The translations under genes and the position numbers were made by a program. The notes below the pieces were generated by a model. That model was not told the origin of the DNA. It saw only the letters and a list, made by a program, of their open reading frames with translations, and did not search any database. This document shows, piece by piece, positions 55,952-64,000 of a DNA stretch of 64,000 nucleotides (its first letter is position 1; the number at the start of each line of letters is the position of its first letter). This DNA comes from Eledone cirrhosa (lineage: Eukaryota), in assembly GCA_964016885.1 (NCBI GenBank), contig OZ024747.1, positions 57,040,001 to 57,104,000 on the forward strand. The letters run 5' to 3'.

Positions 55952-56744
55952 GGATCATACATATAGACTAACACATACATAGAATCACATGTACACATAC
56001 ACAGAGACAAATACAATCACACACACTCACACAGGCACACTCACATAGATGCACAGAGACACTTTATTCACACTCTAAGGCAAACAGAGAATGAACGTGT
56101 GCAAGAGAGAGAGAGAGAGAGAAAGAGAGGGGAAGAGAGAGATAGAGAGAGAGGAAGGAAGAGAGAGATAGAGAGAGAGAGAGGAAGAGAGAGAGAGAGG
56201 GATATTAACACATAAACACACACACTCCAACACACATATTCATAGAGACACACAAAAACAGACATATACATATAAAAACACTTATATAAACCCATATACA
56301 TACACATACACACACAGAGAAAATAATATATTGAAAACAATATCTAGAGAAATGAGATTGTAATGACAGAGAAATATTGTAAGGAATGGTAAGAAGGGAA
56401 CAATAACAGAAAACTATCCATAATAGACATGTACGCTATGGACAGTTGTTCATTAAGTCAGATTGCTCATCAGTTTTCATTTCAAATCACTTCTGTCCAG
56501 CCTGCCTTTTTCAAGCCAATCACAATTTTCCATTCCCAACTGACTTCCTCAATAGTCGGTTGCTAATAATCAAGAAACATTGCTTTCTTCTTTATCATAA
56601 TTGTCGTTGTCTTCTTCTTCTTCTTCTTCTTCTTCTTCTTCTTCTTCGCCTCTTCATCCTTATAGTTGTTGTTGGTGCAATTGTTTCTTCTAAATATTTC
56701 TCATATACTTAAATTAACATTTATATACATATAGATACATGTAT

Positions 56745-56786
<42 letters not shown>

Positions 56787-56879
56787 GTATGTATGTTTAT
56801 ATTCATGTGTATATATATACACAAACACGCACATACACACATCTCTCTCTCTCTCTCTCTCTCTCTGTATAGATATTTA

Positions 56880-57070
56880 TATTTTATTAAGGCTGAATAG
56901 TGAGTCTTGTTTATCACTTGTTTATCACAGGGCCATTTTATCACATGACCCTGTGAAAAACAAGTGAAACTCCAGAGTAACAAGACTCATTATTTAGTCT
57001 TAATAAAGGGAATATTAAAACTCTTGAATATTGAGTACTCCCTTCTCTCAGCTGTAAACCACATATGGAA
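56880..57070 (+). mobile_element. Fold-back with hammerhead 3' half and 3' hairpin
   Basis: Long hairpin followed by GAAA-CUCCAGAG-UA-ACAAG; ACTC..TATTGAGTACT at 57020-57039; related fragment at ~39540-39607. Confidence 0.7.
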
Positions 57071-57111
<41 letters not shown>

Positions 57112-57121
57112 TAAAATAACA

Positions 57122-57354
57122 GTACACGTCTACTGTAAAGTGGACGTGTAGGCGCCACGGAAAAAGCACCCAGCACTCACTGTAAATGAGGTTGGTGTTA
57201 GGAAGGGCATCCAGCTGTAGAAATCAAGCCAAAATCAGTTCCTGTATGAGCAAGGCATGGTCAGCCGACCAGACACTGCCCACAACAGGACAACCCGTCT
57301 AACCCATGCTAGCATGGAAGAACGGACGTAAAACGGTGATGATGATGATGATGA
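57122..57354 (+). mobile_element. SINE family A 3' part, tail type 2
   Basis: Match to 34650-34826. Confidence 0.85.
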
Positions 57355-57571
57355 TAGATGGCGAGTTTATGATTTCACTTGTATTTCTATTTAAGTTTAT
57401 CTTGGAATAATAAAATTGAAAAAGTAAAGATTAACATGGTCAACAGTACAAAAAAGGGAATTTATTTACAGTCTAACAATTTTTTCTCTGATTAAGTTGT
57501 CTAAAAATTGCTCAACACTAGAAGCAGTGCCACTCAATTTTAAATTACGATGTTAGCTCATTCAGAACATC

Positions 57572-57613
<42 letters not shown>

Positions 57614-58046
57614 TATAAATTAAATTTGAATGCATGTTAGCTTAAAATATGATGATACACTAGAAGGTTTTTGATTATGAAAAATTGTCAAAGAAATTAT
57701 ATATATAAGCTCCCAGAAACAATATGCTCAAAGCTTCATAAAAAAACTATTGATTGTTTCATTCACTGGATGATAGATAAATCTTAAAACGATGGGTAAG
57801 TGGTCAGCCTTGCTTTGGTTTCATGTTAACCATCTAGCAATGCGACAGGTGTGAGTGTGTGTCCCACAGGTGTTTCTGTTTAATTTTTCCATCTCCAGAG
57901 GCTTACATGCTCAACTCAACTTGCTTAACTATTTTTCATTGATACAACATACTTGAATCTAACACATATAAAAAATACATAATTTGTACAATGCTTTGAA
58001 GAAGAACTTAAAAATATATATATATACATGTGTATGAGTGTGTTTG

Positions 58047-58078
<32 letters not shown>

Positions 58079-58080
<2 letters not shown>

Positions 58081-58284
58081 AAAATGTTTGACCCAGACGG
58101 CAGAGCTCTAGCCGTTTCGACGGCTATTTCTGGACTAATTCTATTTTAGTCCAGAGATAGCTGTCGAAACGGCTTGAGCCCTGCTGTCGGGGTCAAACAT
58201 TTTCCTTTTACCCACTCTACTACCCTAAGTATTGAGTACTCTAGCGCGTTATGGCCCATCTGGTTCCTTACCACACCTCTTTCG

Positions 58285-58285
<1 letters not shown>
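58079..58285 (+). mobile_element. Family P palindromic fold-back
   Basis: Same ends as 21779-21975, diverged variant. Confidence 0.8.
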
Positions 58286-58324
<39 letters not shown>

Positions 58325-58474
58325 CAAATGTAGAACTATGTATAAAATGCTTGAAGAAAAGTAGAGAATAGTGTATTGAAACATGTGTAAGGAAATAAAC
58401 ATGGTTTTTTAAATGTTAGAAGTTGATTTTTCCATCAATATACTTTATATATATGTATATGTATATATATATAC

Positions 58475-58708
58475 TTTTCTGGGTAAAATTCCCGAGATCC
58501 ATGGACGAGTTCTCTCCAGCGGTCTCTGTCCCTCATTATCACTGCCATGTCCTGCGTCTCCAACAGATCAGTGTCTGTCCTTAGGGCATCAACATACGTT
58601 AACCTTGGTCTTCTTCTTCCAGTGTGTCCATATAGGGGCTCCCACAGGAGCACTGAGTGCAATGTCAACCCTGGATGTCGGTGAGCATGTCCAGCTAACC
58701 TCAGTTTT
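58475..58708 (-). pseudogene. RTE-like LINE 3' fragment
   Basis: KLRLAGHAHRHPGLTLHSVLLWEPLYGHTGRRRPRLTYVD...DRDRWRELV. Confidence 0.8.
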
Positions 58709-58916
58709 CATAGTAGTAGACCACTCGGTCCATGGGACGAGTTTGGTAGAAGTTGTTCCACAACAGTTAATCACCATTTCCGAGAACAATTGTTTCACCT
58801 TAGTCGGATCATCAGCTCGGTTAAAAAACACAAAAAAGAAAAACGAGCTGATGATCTGACTAAGGTGAAAAAATTGTTCTTGGAAATGATGAATTAACGG
58901 TTGTGGAACTACTTCT
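58709..58916. mobile_element. PLE fold-back with hammerheads at 58780-58820 (-) and 58844-58882 (+)
   Basis: CCGAG-CUGAUGA-UCC..GGU-GAAA-CAAUUG-UU-CUCGG; homologous to the 3' UTR of the EN-coding element at 48324. Confidence 0.85.
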
Positions 58917-58958
58917 CTCTTTCTCTCTCTCGCTATATATATATATATATATATATAT

Positions 58959-59155
58959 AACGAAGGAAGTGTGGTAAGGAACCAGGTGGACCATAATGCA
59001 TCCGATTACTCGATACTTTGGGTAGTAGAGTGGGTAATAGGAAAATGTTCGGGATCCCGACAGCAGAGCTCAAGCCGTTTCGACGCCTATTTCTGAGTCC
59101 AGACATAGCCGTCGCAATGGCTTGAGCTCTGCCGTCGGGGTCCTGAACATTTTCC
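58959..59155 (-). mobile_element. Family P palindromic fold-back
   Basis: Same ends as the other P copies. Confidence 0.8.
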
Positions 59156-59157
59156 TA

Positions 59158-59188
<31 letters not shown>

Positions 59189-59378
59189 GTGTTTGAGACA
59201 CGTTGGCTGAGGGCTTTTGACGGGAGCGGAAATTTGTAAAACGGTGGCCAATCGGGGTATGGAGTTGCATCAGATTCCAGTTGCTAATCACTTTACTGTG
59301 TCAGCCATCATAAACACTCATAGCTGGTTTGCACTGGAGTTGAATTCTGTTGATTGATTGGTTATTGATTAGGCGATA

Positions 59379-59480
59379 CCCGCTGATGAAGCCACATGCG
59401 CCGATTATGCATTGTTGCATAATATAGGCAGACAGTGCACCCTACTGCCGCATTAAGTGTGGCCGAAACTCGAGTCCGGG
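59379..59480 (+). ncRNA. Type I hammerhead with canonical GUC site and ~75-nt branched stem II
   Basis: CCCG-CUGAUGA-A-GCCAC...GUGGC-C-GAAA-CUCGAG-UC-CGGG; 3' hairpin ACTC...TATTGAGTAC at 59537-59572. Confidence 0.8.
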
Positions 59481-59686
59481 AACTACTATAGGCACCTGTT
59501 TATGTGTGTTGTATTGAAGTGAATAACTATGTGTATACTCTGGGAATGTATTCTACATTACCTATTGAGTACGCTGAGATACAACCGGTACTGGCATTGA
59601 TAAATATGTTGGGTCCGTCAACTCCTTTTTATATATATATATATAATAAGGAGTTGATGGACCCAGCATATTTATCAATGCGGGGC

Positions 59687-59852
59687 TTTGGCAGTATCGG
59701 TAGAAGGTCAGACGCCATGCATTTCAGCATAGAGTTACGTCCCTTTATGATCTGAGTTAAAATCCCGCCAAGGTTCACTTTGCCTTTCATCTTTACGGGG
59801 ACAATAAAATAAAGTACCAGTAATGTACTGCGATAATTGCTGGCCTTGTGCT
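59687..59852 (+). mobile_element. SINE family B
   Basis: Match to other copies. Confidence 0.82.
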
Positions 59853-59967
59853 AAATATTTCTTGATGAGTTAAAGTAACTCAATGCAATGCATCTATTTA
59901 TATTTCCTGGTAATATAAGGCTTTATACTTTTCTACCATGAAAATTATTCATTATTAATTAATGTTT

Positions 59968-60232
59968 GAAAAACAAGATGGCGTAAGACAGAACAAAGGA
60001 GAGGCACAAAACAAAGAAAAGAATCCCCAGTCACTGAAGAGGTCACATAATGTGTGACGAAAGAACTTTGACAATATATGAACAACCGCCCGGTTGTGGA
60101 ACCAACCAACCAACCGGAAATTTATAAATTTTTAAATTTATATAATTTGATTTATAATAAATTGGGGTGGAAGCAACTGGTGCATGTGTTTCTTATTGGC
60201 AACATGACCCTCCCAAAGTATAATAATATATA
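59968..60232 (+). mobile_element. PLE 3' end of the 12194 family; hammerhead at 60030-60072
   Basis: GUCA-CUGAAGA-G-GUCACA/UGUGAC-GAAA-GAAC-UU-UGAC; ends at the same short-arm position. Confidence 0.78.
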
Positions 60233-60555
60233 TATATATACAGCACCATCACAACCGCAACCACCATCACCGTCAAATCCACCACCATCAACACCACCAC
60301 CACAAACAGCACCACCACCACCACCAACCCAACTACCACCATTATTACACCCTATCACCTACCTATTTATGTGATTTCCCCCACTCTCCACACTGGTCAA
60401 TTCAGTATTTACCTTCCGATTCCAATTTGTCTAAAACCATTCCCTGACACCGTGATTTAATGCTCATTCTTTCATAGCAAACAAAACTAACCAGTATCCA
60501 GCTTAACATTTATATATGAATATCTCTATATATATCTATATATATATGTGTGTGC

Positions 60556-60626
<71 letters not shown>

Positions 60627-60820
60627 TATATATATACACACACAGATGCACAAATTTATATATATATACAAATATATATATACATATATACACATGCACA
60701 AATGTACATATATACACATACACAAATGTACATATATATACATATATATATATACAAATATATGTACACACATATAACAATGATATTAATAAATGGAAAC
60801 TATCGTTGTAAAACCATATT

Positions 60821-60880
60821 TATTTTATTATATATATTTCAAGGGTACCAAATTTTGGTACGATCTCATCAGATAAAATA
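60821..60880 (-). ncRNA. Type I hammerhead motif with (UA)n stem III
   Basis: UAUUUUAU-CUGAUGA-..GUACCAAA/UUUGGUAC..-GAAA-UAUAUA-UA-AUAAAAUA. Confidence 0.75.
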
Positions 60881-62102
60881 CAAAAGTTGTTTTATAAATT
60901 GTGACATATCCAAAAAACAAGAACTTATCGTTTTAAGTTCTGTTTGAATAGTGAAAGAAATTTCAAATCCTAGGATGAATATGTTAATGAGGCTGACGTA
61001 AAGTTGAAAAAGATCGTTATATTTAGATGTTAAGTAAATTTAAATAATTATTAGGATAATTTTTTAAGGGAAGAAGAGAGAGAGAGGTTAATATTTATAT
61101 TAGGGTGTAAGAACATTTAAGGAATGAATATAAGAAAAAAATATATTATAGTTAGAAATAGACTATTATTATTAAAATATAATTGTATGGATCATATCAG
61201 TGATGGTGTAAAGAGAGTGAAATAATTATATTTATTTATTTAATTATATAATTATATATTTTGGTAGTATCTATAAAATAATATGAGAATTATAAATCTG
61301 TTGAAGTGGTAGAATACCAATTTTAAAAATTGAGAGATACTACTAAATATTGGATCTATTCTAATCATGAGTTATAATACAGATAATTGTTTCTACTTTA
61401 GGCACAAGGCCAGCAAAAATCCAGTGCATTACTGGTACTTTATTTTATCGACCCCGTAAGGATGAAAGGCAAAGTCAACCTCGGCGGGAATAGATAATAT
61501 TTATAAGTATATTTTATGAGGAATTAAGATTGTAAGTATATTTTACTTTATTATATTACAACAGGTTATTTATATAAATATTTATATAAATAATTTTGGT
61601 TAGTATATATGTTGTTTTTACCAATAGATAGATAATTTAAATATTTTTTTATATATGTTGAGGGTTTCGATGAATTTCTTGTTTACATTTTCAATATATA
61701 GTTAAGAAAAAGGAAGTAGTTCTAATTTTATTATAGAAGATTATTTTGTACATTCTATACTTCCATCTTGATAGGAATACATTTACGAAGTTAATGAAAT
61801 TATACAGAAAATTTAATATTTATGTAAAGTTTAGTTGTTACTTAGAAGAAATGTTTAAGCGTGTTACATTATAAAGGAAAAGATAACTCCAATATTTCTT
61901 AGTTAAAATAGTTAAGTTACATTTGTTGTTTTTACTAGAATTTACTTTAAGAAAATATTCAATTAAGATATATGCATTTAAGATATATATAAAACATATG
62001 TATAAAAATTTTATATATTATTTTGTATATGATTTTAAAGAATCCTATATTACATTTTTCTAAGATAAAAATTCTTTTACATGTGTATTTAGATAGCATT
62101 AC

Positions 62103-62282
62103 TGGATTGGCAGTATCGGTAGAGGATCGGACGCCATGCTTTGACGCATAGAGTTACGGCCCTTATCATTCTGAGTTCAAATGCCGGTTAACTTTGCCTT
62201 TCATCCTTACGGGGTCGATAAAATAAAGTACCAGTAATGTACTGGGTATTTGCTGGCCTTGTGCCAACAGTAGAAACAATTA
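62103..62282 (+). mobile_element. SINE family B (partial minus copy also at ~61385-61490)
   Basis: Full-length match. Confidence 0.85.
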
Positions 62283-62539
62283 CTTACATCTATGCTTATG
62301 TTAATGTCTATATAGTCTATTAGGAAGAAATATTACAGACATCAAAAGTATATACAGAAACACCATTAAAACTAACACAAAAAGATATATTTCAAAATAT
62401 CATTTAAAAAAACCCTTTCAAAAGAATATCATTTGAAAAATATCATTTAAAAAGAAAAATATAATTTAAAAAACGCCACAAAACATCAACAAAACATAGT
62501 GAAGACATATAGAATGTATACAAGTGAGATCTATATATT

Positions 62540-63203
62540 TCTATAGATTATAGATACTTCTGAACGTTTTAGTTTGGCGATCTCTACAAGAGTTGAATAT
62601 TTCTTTCTTTTTATTAATAGAGTTTGATTGGTAAGTATATGTAATATTTCCTCAATACACAAATGACAAATTCTTGAGAGAGAGCCATATTTCTGTATGC
62701 GGGAACTTTCGAAATCGTTCCCCAAGAGATTGAATAGTCAATATGATTTTCATTTAAGTACCAAATTAGATGTGAGAGTGATATTGAACATTTTTGTCTC
62801 ATTTATTAAATGTATGTTTGTGATTATACCAGCGTATTTATATACTAAGTTTTTGTCTAAGCAGTTATTCTGTAAAGGGCAATTTAATTCGTTTCTACAG
62901 TTACATTTTCTAGAGTTGTTGTCTATAGGAACGGTACGATTATTATTAGTATTAATACTGTTATTAGTAATATTAATATTGTTATTTTGGTTTATTTGGT
63001 TTGTTTAAATTTAATTTCTATTATTAATTCTATTAATATTTTGTGCTATGTTCATAGTAGTAGAGTAAGATAGTTTTATAGTATATCTGTTAAAAATAGA
63101 GTGGTATCTATGGGATTTAGGAAAACACTTATCTAATGCTTTGAAAAATAGGTTTGCTACAGGTGTTTTGACTCCTAATGAGATTGGGGGAGAGTACCAA
63201 ATT
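62540..63203 (-). pseudogene. PLE linker and GIY-YIG endonuclease remnant with CxCx5C motif
   Basis: IWYSPPISLGVKTPVANLFFKALDKCFPKSHRYHSIFNRYTIKLSYS; KCNCRNELNCPLQNNCLDKNLVY; LSHLIWYLNENHIDYSISW; ICHLCIEEILHIL; broken by stops and frameshifts. Confidence 0.88.
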
Positions 63204-63304
63204 ATACATATATAAATATACACACACACATATATATATATACATATATAAATATATACACACACACACAAACACACACACATATATATATATATCATCA
63301 TTAA

Positions 63305-63714
63305 CATCATCATCCCCGTTTTTACACCCGTTCTTCCATTCTAAGATGGGTTAGACGGGTTGTCCTGTTGTGGGCAGTGTCCAGTTGGCTGACCTTGTCT
63401 TCCTCATACAGGAACTGATTCTGGCTTGATTTCTACAGCTGGATGCCCTTCCTAACACCAACGTCATTTGCAGTGAGTGCTGGGTGCTTTTTTTTCCCGT
63501 GGCGCCTACACGTCCACTTTACAGTGTGGGCTGGGTGCTTTTTTGCCGTGGCACCTCCAGGACCACTTTGCAGTGGAATGAAAGTGACCCTGTCCTATCA
63601 TCTCATTTCTACAGCTGAGTAAACTGGAGCAATGTGAAATAAAGTGTCTTGCTCAAGGAAACAACATATCACCAGGTCCGAGAATTGAACTCACAACCTT
63701 TCGATTGCAAGCCC
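63305..63714 (-). mobile_element. SINE family A, tail type 2
   Basis: Reverse-complement match including the extra internal repeat unit. Confidence 0.87.
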
Positions 63715-63840
63715 TCCATCTCAATTCTACTTTTGAAAAGCAGAAGAACTTCGAAACCGGTAAAGGAACCAAATAAATATATATTTAAAAAAAAAAAGAC
63801 TCCAGTTGCATTTTCGATTTCATCTTTTTTCCTTATATCA

Positions 63841-63918
<78 letters not shown>

Positions 63919-64000
63919 TAAAATAACAAATTGATTATTATTACTATATATATAAATATATTTATATATATATATTTATATATATATATATATATATATA

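Noticed and set aside
56440-56480. Minus-strand CTGATGA..GAAC..GTC
   Set aside because: Stems I and II do not pair

Overview
Repeat-saturated, AT-rich animal genomic DNA. The SINE families and microsatellite density point to an octopod cephalopod (inference). No host protein-coding exon can be called confidently, and almost all ORF-track entries are translations of microsatellites. The window holds G/T-rich minisatellites (1-6.3 kb, 52.7-54.5 kb), two abundant tRNA-type SINE families, several RTE-type LINE fragments, an RTE-related non-autonomous element with twin-priming-like inversions, and a 200-N gap. The main signal is a dense Penelope-like retroelement (PLE) system, mostly inserted in (TA)n. 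It comprises two GIY-YIG endonuclease remnants (one with CxCx5C), one inverted RT remnant, about 16 type I hammerhead ribozyme motifs (some with very large stem II inserts) and 15 short tail-out fold-back insertions. Across otherwise dissimilar families, a covarying RCTC-N(9-26)-GAGYRCT hairpin lies about 25-60 nt 3' of the ribozyme cleavage site. The shorter arm of these fold-backs stops about 3-10 nt before that hairpin. This suggests a shared cis RNA signal that sets an internal reverse-transcription start site. All alignments and folds were done by eye.
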